NCBI GenBank assembly: GCA_963837955.1
Contig: CAWIPH010000002.1
Coordinates: forward strand, 3,936,001-4,000,000
DNA: 64,000 nucleotides
Reading direction: 5' to 3'
Source of the DNA: an uncultured Verrucomicrobiae bacterium
Lineage (GTDB): Bacteria > Verrucomicrobiota > Verrucomicrobiia > Chthoniobacterales > JAFAMB01
Below, piece by piece: positions 1 through 8,799 of the stretch (position 1 is the first letter of the stretch; each line of letters begins with the position of its first letter). The notes beneath the pieces are model-generated. The model worked only from the letters and a program-made list of their open reading frames with translations. It was not told the origin of the DNA and made no database searches. Made by a program: the position numbers and the translations under genes.

Positions 1-1
1 G

Positions 2-778
2 ATCTTCGGCAAGAGGAGCATGAAGCCTCACCGATACATGAGTGGAGCAACTCCGTTTAATGCCGACCTCTTTGGATGCGAACATCTAATTATCGAAGAC
101 GAAGAGGCTTCAACGGACATTCGGGCGCGGCGCAACTTCGGCACCAAAATCAAAGAGATAACTGCCAACAATACTCATAGTTGTCACCCGAAATTCAGGC
201 AGGCAATTAGCCTCTCACCGTTCTGGCGCCTCAGCATTTCAGTAAACAATGAGCCGGAGAATTTAATGATCCTGCCGCCCATCGACGAGAGCTTACAGGA
301 TAAGTTAATCATTCTAAAGGCCGAACGTCACCCTATGCCGATGCCTTCGGCTAGTGACGACGAACGCGAGGCTTTCATGACAGCTTTAAGGGCTGAGCTG
401 CCGCATTTTGTGGATTTCCTTAGTAACTGGACGATCCCCGATCAGTTAGTCTCACAGAGATACGGAATAACTCACTTCCACCATCCGGAGATTCTTGAAG
501 CGCTCGGGACACTGGCACCCGAGACGCGACTGCTTGAGATTATTGATACTGAGCTTTTCGATTCGCTGGCTCCAGGCTCGTGGGAGGGATCGGCCTCCCA
601 GCTTGAGAGACTGCTCACAAAGGAAAGCGCGCTAGTGAGACGTGAAGCAAACCGACTGTTTTCCTTTCCAACCGCCTGTGGAACTTACCTAGGACGATTG
701 CAGAAAATTCATCCGAGGCGCTTCGAAAGTAGACACACTGAGAGAGGTAACATTTGGACAATCAACCCACCATCCTGA
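2..778 (+). CDS. Phage/plasmid primase-helicase (SF3/D5/DUF5906-like), C-terminal part, 5'-truncated by window edge
   Basis: Frame is open from base 2. FNADLFGCEHLIIEDE resembles Walker B, ISVNNEP resembles sensor/motif C, and there is a C-terminal wHTH-like segment. Confidence 0.7.
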   Translation: MFGKRSMKPHRYMSGATPFNADLFGCEHLIIEDEEASTDIRARRNFGTKIKEITANNTHSCHPKFRQAISLSPFWRLSISVNNEPENLMILPPIDESLQDKLIILKAERHPMPMPSASDDEREAFMTALRAELPHFVDFLSNWTIPDQLVSQRYGITHFHHPEILEALGTLAPETRLLEIIDTELFDSLAPGSWEGSASQLERLLTKESALVRREANRLFSFPTACGTYLGRLQKIHPRRFESRHTERGNIWTINPPS

Positions 779-936
779 AGGCCTCGCCTTCAGTCACGAA
801 AAAAGCCTTCAGCCTGGGAAACCTCTGCCAGACTCGATTTGCAATTCGTACTGAAGGCCTGAATACAAGTTTTTTATTAACACGTGCGCGCGTGTGTGTG
901 CAGGCATGCATAACAAACCTGCCTTCAGGCCTTCAG
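775..936. repeat. Six copies of octamer CTGAAGGC/GCCTTCAG around an AT-rich tract; putative replication-origin iterons
   Basis: CTGAAGGC at 775 and 851; GCCTTCAG at 786, 805, 921 and 929; AAGTTTTTTATTAA between the 851 and 921 copies. Confidence 0.6.
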
Positions 937-951
937 GAAAACCGAATTAGT

Positions 952-1326
952 ATGAACTTGCCGACCACCCAAGAAACTAACTATCCACCGTTGTTGGCTA
1001 CTCACATCGAGGCGCTCCAACGCTTCAAAAACGAACTGGAGCGACACAGGAGAGCATTTGAGGCTACTCCGGGTCATTTCACCGAAGGCGCGCTCGTGCA
1101 AGCTCTCAGCCAAACCTGGCGCGCTTATCGCGAAGCGTGGTTGGACTTGGATTTGCGAAGCATGAACCAACCGCTCGAGACTAGGCGAAAGATCGCCGCG
1201 GTCGCAATCGAGCCGCTTTTCAAAATTAAGCAGGATGCGGAAATCATAAAAACCGCAGTCGAGCACTTGCTCGTGCAAATCCCAAAGCTCATCGAAACGC
1301 TCATCACCTTTCGTCAACTGTACTGA
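952..1326 (+). CDS. Hypothetical protein (helical)
   Basis: ATG at 952 within ORF 754..1326, after the iteron region; co-oriented with neighbouring ORFs. Confidence 0.5.
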   Translation: MNLPTTQETNYPPLLATHIEALQRFKNELERHRRAFEATPGHFTEGALVQALSQTWRAYREAWLDLDLRSMNQPLETRRKIAAVAIEPLFKIKQDAEIIKTAVEHLLVQIPKLIETLITFRQLY

Positions 1327-1337
1327 AACCAACCCAA

Positions 1338-2177
1338 ATGAAGAAACAATCACAAACACCACCGGAGCTCATTGCATTGGCTGAAGATCTCGAGGTAAAG
1401 CATTCGACGGCAGCAGCGGCGTTGAATGAATTCAAACGACGCGAAGCCGAGCGCAATGAAGCAATTGCAAAACTAAAAACCGAAATAGCCGACTGCGAAT
1501 TCCAAGCGCGGGAGCTTTTGAATAGTGAAGGCAGTCCGAGCGAAATCGGCATGCGGAGACTAAAACTACTCAATACCGTTCCCGTTTTGGAACGGCGCAT
1601 TCAACTGCGAGAAAAGATTCCGGCCGGTGATCTTGATGCCTTGCGAGCTCCGCAGTCGGGATTTTTCCAACTCTATAATCGTTTGGCGGGCGCGCTTGTG
1701 CGAGTTGTGGAACGCCGGCGCCAGGCTTTACTGGATGAATTAGGGGTGATAGGGCCTGCCCCGATGCCGCCAAGAGACCTCCTGCAATCTGGATCTGCTC
1801 GGCTTGGCGTGCGATCTCCCGACCCAGACGTCCAACCCGCGCGCGTCGATCGCGAGCTTCAACAGTTTGAGGCGCTCGATTTCAAGCCGTGCACAGCGGA
1901 TCTTAGCAAGCCAACGCCGCACCAGATCGAGAGTGATCTTAAGGCCGCAGAAGAGAAGTTGCCGCTCTTGATTGATAAAATCCAGCAGTGCGGTGAAGCT
2001 TTGATGCTCGCGCAGATTGACGCTGAACCAGCAACATCCTTAGCACCTGGACTTAGTCTGCGAAATAGGGGCAATGCGATTTTAGCCGAACACAAGGCTC
2101 TCCAGGAAACGAAGAGCCCCGCATTAAAACCAAGCGACACGCCGCGGCACGTTCGGGCAGGGAGGTTTGCACTTTGA
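1338..2177 (+). CDS. Hypothetical coiled-coil protein
   Basis: 279-aa ORF starting 11 nt after the previous stop. Confidence 0.6.
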   Translation: MKKQSQTPPELIALAEDLEVKHSTAAAALNEFKRREAERNEAIAKLKTEIADCEFQARELLNSEGSPSEIGMRRLKLLNTVPVLERRIQLREKIPAGDLDALRAPQSGFFQLYNRLAGALVRVVERRRQALLDELGVIGPAPMPPRDLLQSGSARLGVRSPDPDVQPARVDRELQQFEALDFKPCTADLSKPTPHQIESDLKAAEEKLPLLIDKIQQCGEALMLAQIDAEPATSLAPGLSLRNRGNAILAEHKALQETKSPALKPSDTPRHVRAGRFAL

Positions 2178-2467
2178 ACGCGATCGATTGGGAAAAGTGT
2201 TTGGTGATAGCCGCCGCCCACGGTGCGGACCTCCTTGGCCGCAACAGTCCGCTGGCTGTGAAGAAGAAGAGCGGCGAACGGGCAGCCGGCGAGAAGTATT
2301 TCGAAGAAGGAGGGAAGGAAGCCAGCGAGACCGGCGCAGATGATCCCGATGAGGGCAACCCAAATTCCCAGCGCAAAAAGAAGGCTGCCTCGGCCACGCA
2401 AGAGGATCTGGACACCGAGAAAGAATGGCAGGCCCTTCTCGAAAGAGTGCGGAAGGGAGAGCTTTGA
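2174..2467 (+). CDS. Hypothetical acidic protein
   Basis: 97-aa ORF with TTGA start/stop overlap and upstream GGAGG. Confidence 0.5.
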   Translation: MNAIDWEKCLVIAAAHGADLLGRNSPLAVKKKSGERAAGEKYFEEGGKEASETGADDPDEGNPNSQRKKKAASATQEDLDTEKEWQALLERVRKGEL

Positions 2468-2496
2468 ATCGATGGTGCTCTGGCCCTATATAGCGC

Positions 2497-2543
2497 GGGT
2501 CCTCCCAAGGGGGTGCCGCCAAAAACGGTGCCGCGGCATCGTT
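2497..2543 (+). other. Putative lambda-like cos packaging site (cosQ + cosN)
   Basis: GGGTCCT at 2497-2503 is identical to lambda cosQ. Near-palindrome AACG-GTGCCGCGGCAT-CGTT at 2524-2543 lies directly upstream of the TerS-like gene. Confidence 0.6.
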
Positions 2544-2595
2544 AATATGGCTTGTTGACTACGCTTTTTAAAATGGTTCGCGCTTCGTTTTAGTT

Positions 2596-3258
2596 ATGCC
2601 TGGCAGACGTAAAATTTACGGATTTAAGGGGAAACTCACTCAGCTGGTCAACACGCCGGTTCCGACTCAGGTTCTCGCCCACGCATGCGCCTGCTCGCCG
2701 CGGACGATCCAAGACTATGCTCGGCAAGGAATTATATCTCGCGCTCCGGACGAAACCGATCAACCAATGGTTGGCTACTGGCCACTGATTGATTCCGTTC
2801 GCGCCATTATGCACTGGAAGGAAAAAGCCTTCCTTAAACGCCGGCGCACATCGGGAAACCTCGACCAGGCGCGTTACGAAAAGTTGCAACTCGAGAGCGA
2901 GATTTTGCGCAAAAAACTCTCCGAGATGGAAGAGCGAGTTGCTCCGGTCGGGGCGGTCCTAGCGATCTGGGAAGACTGCGTCATGAGCTATAAGGGCCGG
3001 GCGCTCTCCGCGCCGGCACGCTATGCTCTGAAAGGTGTAGGTCTCCAGAATCCGGCCGAGGTCAATGAGTTCTTAAAGGGCATTATTGAGGAGATATTGA
3101 GTGAGTTTAAGCTCTACAGGGTCGATCATTATTTCGCTTCGCAGTTCGATCCCGGAGCTGCAGATCCTGTTAGCCCAAGCTTTAAACCGGCGAGCGATGA
3201 TGGCAGCGCCAGGCCGCCACAGACCGTTAGCCCGCGCCAAGGCGCGACCTCTATGTAA
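2596..3258 (+). CDS. Terminase small subunit-like protein (lambda Nu1/Rpp-like)
   Basis: N-terminal HTH LAHACACSPRTIQDYARQGI resembles Nu1 LADIFGASIRTIQNWQEQG, followed by a coiled coil and a Nu1-like C-terminal helical region. Confidence 0.75.
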   Translation: MPGRRKIYGFKGKLTQLVNTPVPTQVLAHACACSPRTIQDYARQGIISRAPDETDQPMVGYWPLIDSVRAIMHWKEKAFLKRRRTSGNLDQARYEKLQLESEILRKKLSEMEERVAPVGAVLAIWEDCVMSYKGRALSAPARYALKGVGLQNPAEVNEFLKGIIEEILSEFKLYRVDHYFASQFDPGAADPVSPSFKPASDDGSARPPQTVSPRQGATSM

Positions 3259-3284
3259 TCACTGACGACAGAACAAAGACTACT

Positions 3285-3731
3285 ATGTTACTTAATATCG
3301 ATCCGTACTTTGCTAAGATGCTGGGGCATCTAACTAACTCGCGCGAGGAAGCACCCAGAGGGCTTTCCTTGCATGTACACCCACGACGAAAGAAAAGGCG
3401 TGACTCCTTTGGGGTATCCAACAGCTCTTCGGCAAATAAAATCCGAAGCGCTGAAGACGTTCAGAGGTTGTATCCGACGGTCTATAACGAAGTTTTCAAC
3501 GCCGGCGTTCTACATGCGCGGGCCTTAGAACGCCGACGCATATCGACCCTGAATTCGTGGCGCACAGTCGCAACCGAGCAGATCGTCGATCGCGCAACTG
3601 CCAGTGGTGAGACACCCGAGCAGGTATTTCATGAAGTGTCGGCAGCGCAAGCCGAATGGCAATCGATACTTGATGTAGCGGCAGTCACCGGCCGGCGTCG
3701 TTTGCCAGGTCAGATCTGCGCGCGCGACTGA
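3285..3731 (+). CDS. Hypothetical protein resembling the C-terminal scaffold region of phage prohead proteases
   Basis: SAEDVQRLYPTVYNEVFNAG...ERRRISTL...IVDRATASGETPEQV pattern; recognised by eye only. Confidence 0.45.
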   Translation: MLLNIDPYFAKMLGHLTNSREEAPRGLSLHVHPRRKKRRDSFGVSNSSSANKIRSAEDVQRLYPTVYNEVFNAGVLHARALERRRISTLNSWRTVATEQIVDRATASGETPEQVFHEVSAAQAEWQSILDVAAVTGRRRLPGQICARD

Positions 3732-3911
3732 ATTTCTATGAAGCATCGAATTCTGAAATTTGTTACTCTCTTTGATCAAGAAGGCCGGCAGAGTGTTTTC
3801 GATTTATTCGACGCCGCGTGATCGGTTGAGGAAAACTCAGCAGTAGTTGTGTCACCGTCGAGCGACGGGTTGGTCACGTCGTGAACCCCCTTTGACGCTC
3901 AGCGATGGGCG

Positions 3912-5388
3912 TTAACGCTTCAAGTCTTCCGCGATCGTCGCAAACTGCTCCAAGGCCGCTTCCAGTTCCTCGGCGATTTCGAGCGCGAGCACATCAGGAT
4001 CAGGCAGGTTGGCGCTGTCTTCGAGCGACTCATCCTTCAGCCAGAAAATATCGAGATTGACTTTGTCGCGTTTGAGCAGGTCTTCGTAGGAGAAGCTCTT
4101 GAAACGCTCGCTTTCAATGCGTTCGTGGCGGTTCTCTGGCGTGATAGCACGCGACGAAGTCATCAAGATCAGATCGTTTCAGAGCGTTCTCTTTGAGCGT
4201 GAAATGCTGGTTGGTTCGCAAATCGTAAATCCAGAGCTTATCGGTCCACGGTTTTTCGCTTGCGGGTTTGCGGTCGAAAAACAAGACGTTCGCCTTCACA
4301 CCTTGCGCGTAAAAGATTCCGGTCGGTAGACGAAGCAGGGTGTGAACATCGGCTTGCTTCAGCAGCTCGCGGCGGACCGTCTCTCCGGCGCCACCTTCGA
4401 AAAGGACATTGTCCGGCACAACGATGGCGGCGCGTCCATGTTGTTTCAGAATCGTAAAGACGTGCTGGAGGAAGTTGAGCTGTTTGTTGCTGGTCGTCGC
4501 CCAGAAATCGTCCCGGTGGACGATCAGCGATTGTTTTTCTTCGTCGCCGGCTTCATTGACGATCGTGACGCTGCTCTTCTTCCCGAACGGTGGATTGGTA
4601 AGGACCATCTCATATTCGCCGTGCTTCGCGCCGAGTGCGTCCTTCACCAGGATCGGCACAGACGCATCGTCGCCGCCGATGCCATGCAGTAGCAGATTCA
4701 TCGCGCAGAGCCGCGCCACGCCGTCCACGAGTTCCACGCCACGGAGTTGTTCCGCATTCAGGTAACGGAGTTGTGCCTTGTCGAGTGTTATGCCGACGAA
4801 TGAACTCGTGTGCCGCGAGCAGAAAGCCACCGGTGCCGCATGCTGGATCGCAGATGACAAACCGCTGTCTCGGTTCGGACCCGGCCTTGGCTGCATCACG
4901 TCCACGATCGCCTGGATCAACGGGCGCGGAGTAAAATACTGACCCGCGCCACCTTTAACATCTTCAGCATTTTTCTGCAGGAGCCCTTCGTAGGCGTCAC
5001 CTTTCACGTCGGTGCCAAGGCTTGACCATTCCTCTTTATCGATCAGGTCGGCGACCAACCGGCGCAGCTTGGCCGGATCTTGAACCTTGTTTTGTGCCTT
5101 GCGGAAGATGAGACCAAGTAATCCCGGCTTTCTTGCCGAGTTCCTCAAGCGTGTGCCGGTAATGGATCTCAAGCTCGTCGCCGTCAAGTTTCACCAGCTT
5201 GTCCCAGCCAAACTCCTTCGGGATCGGCGACGGTTTGTTGAATGGCGGACGGCTCTGCTCATCGGCCATTTAAGAAAGAGCAGAAACGTCAACTGCTCGA
5301 CGTAATCGCCGTATGACAGCCCGTCATCCCGGAGGATGTTGCAGTAGTTCCAGAGCTTTTGGACGATTTGATTTGGTTGGTTGGGCAT
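3912..5388 (-). pseudogene. hsdM: Type I R-M methyltransferase subunit, split by several frameshifts (real decay or sequencing indels)
   Basis: Fragments IVQKLWNYCNILRDDGLSYGDYVEQLTFLLFLK, GQYFTPRPLI, DPACGTGGFL and NPPF motif IV, with a C-terminal NLDIFWLKDESLED. Confidence 0.9.
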
Positions 5389-5392
5389 GATT

Positions 5393-6470
5393 TCAAAGCA
5401 GACGAATTACCCGGGGGGAGTTTAGCCGATTAATCTGCGGAACGCGGAAGTCGGACCTCAATCACACTTTCTCTTTTCAATTTGTTAAGAACTCTCTCGG
5501 CATGTTGCCGTTGAACGCCATGACTAAAACAGAAGTGCACGAGATCCCGCTCGTCCTTAAGTTGTCCTGATCTGAGTAGGCCCTCTAGCTCGCGTTCAAA
5601 AGCAGTTATCTTGCTTGGCCTGAAGTTATCGAAAGGCAGTAGCATTTCTCCCGGGGACACGTTATCTCGATTAATATCAAAGTCGGCCTCTCCATTAATC
5701 GCGTCTTTATTCCACGCTACTTGGAGGAATTTGTCCATTCCTAGCGGGTGAGCCGAACCGAAGATAAGTCCGTAAATGTTGGGCCCCTTTCGGATTGAAA
5801 ACGGTGCAAGGTAGTAAGCAGAGAATTCGGTACTAAGTCGGTGTAATAGTCCAATGCTGCGCGATGCACTTGGTAATGGTCGTCTGGACGGGTGATCTTC
5901 TGCTTGATCGCAGGATGATCACGAAAGCGATAAAGAGTGGACGACGAAAGGAAAAACAGAAAATCGCACGTCGGCGAAGTGACTAAGCTGAGAAACACTT
6001 CCGGCGTGACCTGATCCACTCCGAATTGATCGATAAAGAGTAGCTTGGCGGCACTGTCGGTCTTCAAGGGCTGCATGCACAGTCGTGGAGCGCTTCTTCA
6101 AAAGCCAATGCTCTTATGTCAAGCTCCACTTCCGCAAACGCAATCCGAATTCTTCGATTTTTGCTTCAAGTTGTTTGATTTTTTTCGGGCTCTTGTCGAA
6201 GAAGTGAGCGTGGACTCTTACTTGAGGCCAACCAGAGAAACTTTGGTACTCCTTCAGCTGCTTAAGTAACCGGAGTGGACTACCCCACACACCGGTCGAA
6301 TCCGTTCCAGGTCCTGCGAAAAAATCTGAAGATGTGAATTGCTCCGATCTTGATGGCTTAGCGGGCGCCAAGAAAACCGGTAGCCACTCGCGGGTATACA
6401 GTTCGAAAATCTGCAGCTTCGTTAATGTGCCTTCATCGAACGGCCTATTGTGAAATCCGCCTCGAGGCAT
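5393..6470 (-). pseudogene. tcmP: Three-Cys-motif partner protein (TcmP, methyltransferase-like fold), frameshifted
   Basis: Starts MPRGGFHNRPFDEGTLTKLQIFELYTREWLPVF; has DFFAGPG and LLFIDQFG motifs; adjacent to DUF5131. Confidence 0.75.
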
Positions 6471-6475
6471 CGGCT

Positions 6476-7265
6476 TCAGGTAAAGCGCAATTTCCTCACG
6501 CAAAGAAGAACGTGTAGCCACATCCGGAACCGGTGATCGAGTGCGCTCCGGAAATTCATCGTAGGTTCGTCCATCCAGTCGGCGACCTGTCTCGCTTTTT
6601 CGAACGCCGCCCCACTGCTTGAAGAAAAATGCAACCTTCGCTCTCTGGCATTGGTCCCGAAGGCTTCGGACCCACTCTTCCTTAATCGGGCGTGCGCCGG
6701 GTCCGCTCTCGCCACCAACTATGGCCCAGTCTATCTGGCGGAAATCGACCTTTCCCAAATCCTCTAACAAAGGCTCAATGGAAAGAAAGCGAACTCTCAC
6801 CGGTGCGGACCGCAGTACGTCGACCCGGGGAAGTCCGTGCTTGCGGTTCTCGACGCTCACACCCCACCAAATGTGCGGTTGTCGCGCGGTTTCTCGAAGG
6901 GAGGTTTTGAGGAGGGCAGCCATCCGTCCTGGGCGTTTGGTAAGGATCTGGTAGGTATGCCAATTGGCCAACATCATCACCCTAGCCACGGCGCCAATGT
7001 AGTCATCCGGGACATCTGGATGAAATAGGTCACTCATCGAATTCACAAAAACCATTCGCGAGCTACTCCATCGAAGCGGCTCGCCGAGTTTTTCGGGAAC
7101 GAGTCGGAGATCGAAACCGCGTTCAAATGGATGCCCGGGAACGCCGCGAAACCGCTCAGCAAATGTTTCCGCGTAACAGTTGGCGCAACCAGGGCTAATT
7201 TTCGAGCACCCACGCACGGGATTCCAAGTCGCATCGGTCCACTCAATCTTCGAGTTATCACTCAT
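6476..7265 (-). CDS. DUF5131 / phage Gp37-Gp68 family three-Cys (radical-SAM-like) protein
   Basis: SKIEWTDATWNPVRGCSKISPGCANCYA, FVNSMSDLFH, FLSIEPLL, WAIVGGESG and FFFKQWGG motifs. As given it reads through in-frame into tcmP, so the 3' end is uncertain. Confidence 0.9.
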
Positions 7266-7311
7266 AAGGCTCTCAATTCCGAACGGATCATATCAACGTG
7301 CCGAAATAAGA

Positions 7312-8799
7312 CTATCCAATATCTGCACGCACGAGTTTTCCAGTAAAAGCGCGGTGGAGGATGGATTGGCGTAGGCGCTCGGCGCGCTTCACGCTGGCAG
7401 TCACCAACGTTTCGAGTTCATCGATCACGGACAGCCGACGCTCCACTTCTGCCACTATGCGCCGCTGTTCGGCAAACGGCGGAACGGCAATCGGGGCGGG
7501 TCGAACTTCGCCGATATTTACTCCCTTTACCGCAACGCCACGGGCGACTCGGCGGAAGTAGCTCTGCGAATCTTCGCTGCGGAGGTGAATCGCGATATAG
7601 CGGCGATCGACCAGGGAGGTGACATCGAGGCGAGCGGTATCTTGGGTAATGTTCCCACCATTTAATTCAGTCGGGACTTCGGCGACGCGCCCATACGTCC
7701 CGCGGATCGCGAGGAGGAGATCACCGGCCTTGAGGGACGCGCGTGCGTATGCAGCTGCGATCTCTGACGAAGTGCGATGGAGCCCACTTACGTTAATGCG
7801 ATCACCCTTGATGTCTTTCACCTTCACGTAAGGGATTCCATGGGCGACGTTTTCTTTGGGCATGAGGATTCCGTAACAGATAACGCGCGTCGCGCTCGTG
7901 AGTTGTTCAAGGCTCGCGAGTACCCAACCCGTAGGTAGAAGCTCAGGTCCGAACCCGGGAGTAACGGTCGGGCTGGCGGGCTGATGGTATTCTCCTTTCC
8001 AATTGGCGGCTCTCGATGATTTGTCGTTAGTTAGGAGTCTGGCGAGCCTATCGGATTCCCACTGGCCGCGGCGTTCCTTGAGGATGCGATCCAGGAGTTG
8101 CTCACCAGTTTCATACGAGCCGCCTTCCCGCCGGGCGAGCTCGGCTTCTGTTGGAACCAGCCTTCCTTCGCAAGCGGCCTTCATTACGCTGGCACGGTAG
8201 CGTTTCAGGGCCGCCTGCACCCGCTTTAGCGACGCCACTCCGGCTTCCAGTCGGGTTAACTGCTTCTCAACTTCCGATACGATCCGATGCTGTTCGGAAA
8301 CCGGAGGCAGCGGCAGAGAGATGTTTTCGATATCTGACTTGCGTACGGAAGGAACAGTGGTAGCACGCGACAACTCGTCGAGCTTCAGAGTGCACGCGTA
8401 GTGAAAAAGGAAGCATGCATCTAGATCGTCCGACGCGGGAGACAGCCCCATAACGTTGTTGTCCACTAGGGCGGCCTTACTTAGCATCGCCCGTCGATTC
8501 AAAGCGATCGCGGCGCCAATTTTCGCAAAAACGATGGTGTTTGGCGGCAATGGTCTAGCGCGGATCGAGCTAGCATCCGCGTGGCTGATGTAGTGGTTGG
8601 CGCCCTTGAGGAATCGCTCGTTGCGCTTCCATGCTTCGGAAATGTCGCCGACCTTAAAAAAAGGAATTTCGCCTTGAACACGGCCTTGTAATCGTTCGGG
8701 AAAGCCAAAGCCGGCCAGAATCCTGCAAGATTCACCGAGGGTTGTGAGTCTCCATCCTCGCGGGAGGCAGTGGGTTGTTGAGTTTGCGTGTAAGCTCAC
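7312..8799 (-). CDS. hsdS: Type I R-M specificity subunit
   Basis: Two TRDs with repeated LPPxxEQxRIV motifs; ends LRQSILHRAFTGKLV; GTGA overlap with the hsdR stop. Confidence 0.92.
   Translation of the reverse strand: MSLHANSTTHCLPRGWRLTTLGESCRILAGFGFPERLQGRVQGEIPFFKVGDISEAWKRNERFLKGANHYISHADASSIRARPLPPNTIVFAKIGAAIALNRRAMLSKAALVDNNVMGLSPASDDLDACFLFHYACTLKLDELSRATTVPSVRKSDIENISLPLPPVSEQHRIVSEVEKQLTRLEAGVASLKRVQAALKRYRASVMKAACEGRLVPTEAELARREGGSYETGEQLLDRILKERRGQWESDRLARLLTNDKSSRAANWKGEYHQPASPTVTPGFGPELLPTGWVLASLEQLTSATRVICYGILMPKENVAHGIPYVKVKDIKGDRINVSGLHRTSSEIAAAYARASLKAGDLLLAIRGTYGRVAEVPTELNGGNITQDTARLDVTSLVDRRYIAIHLRSEDSQSYFRRVARGVAVKGVNIGEVRPAPIAVPPFAEQRRIVAEVERRLSVIDELETLVTASVKRAERLRQSILHRAFTGKLVRADIG

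Noticed and set aside
6114..7265. DUF5131-TcmP fusion protein as shown in the ORF track
   Set aside because: The region is indel-rich and an alternative frame stops at 6476, 5 nt before the tcmP ATG. Two separate genes are more parsimonious, though a fusion cannot be excluded without reads.
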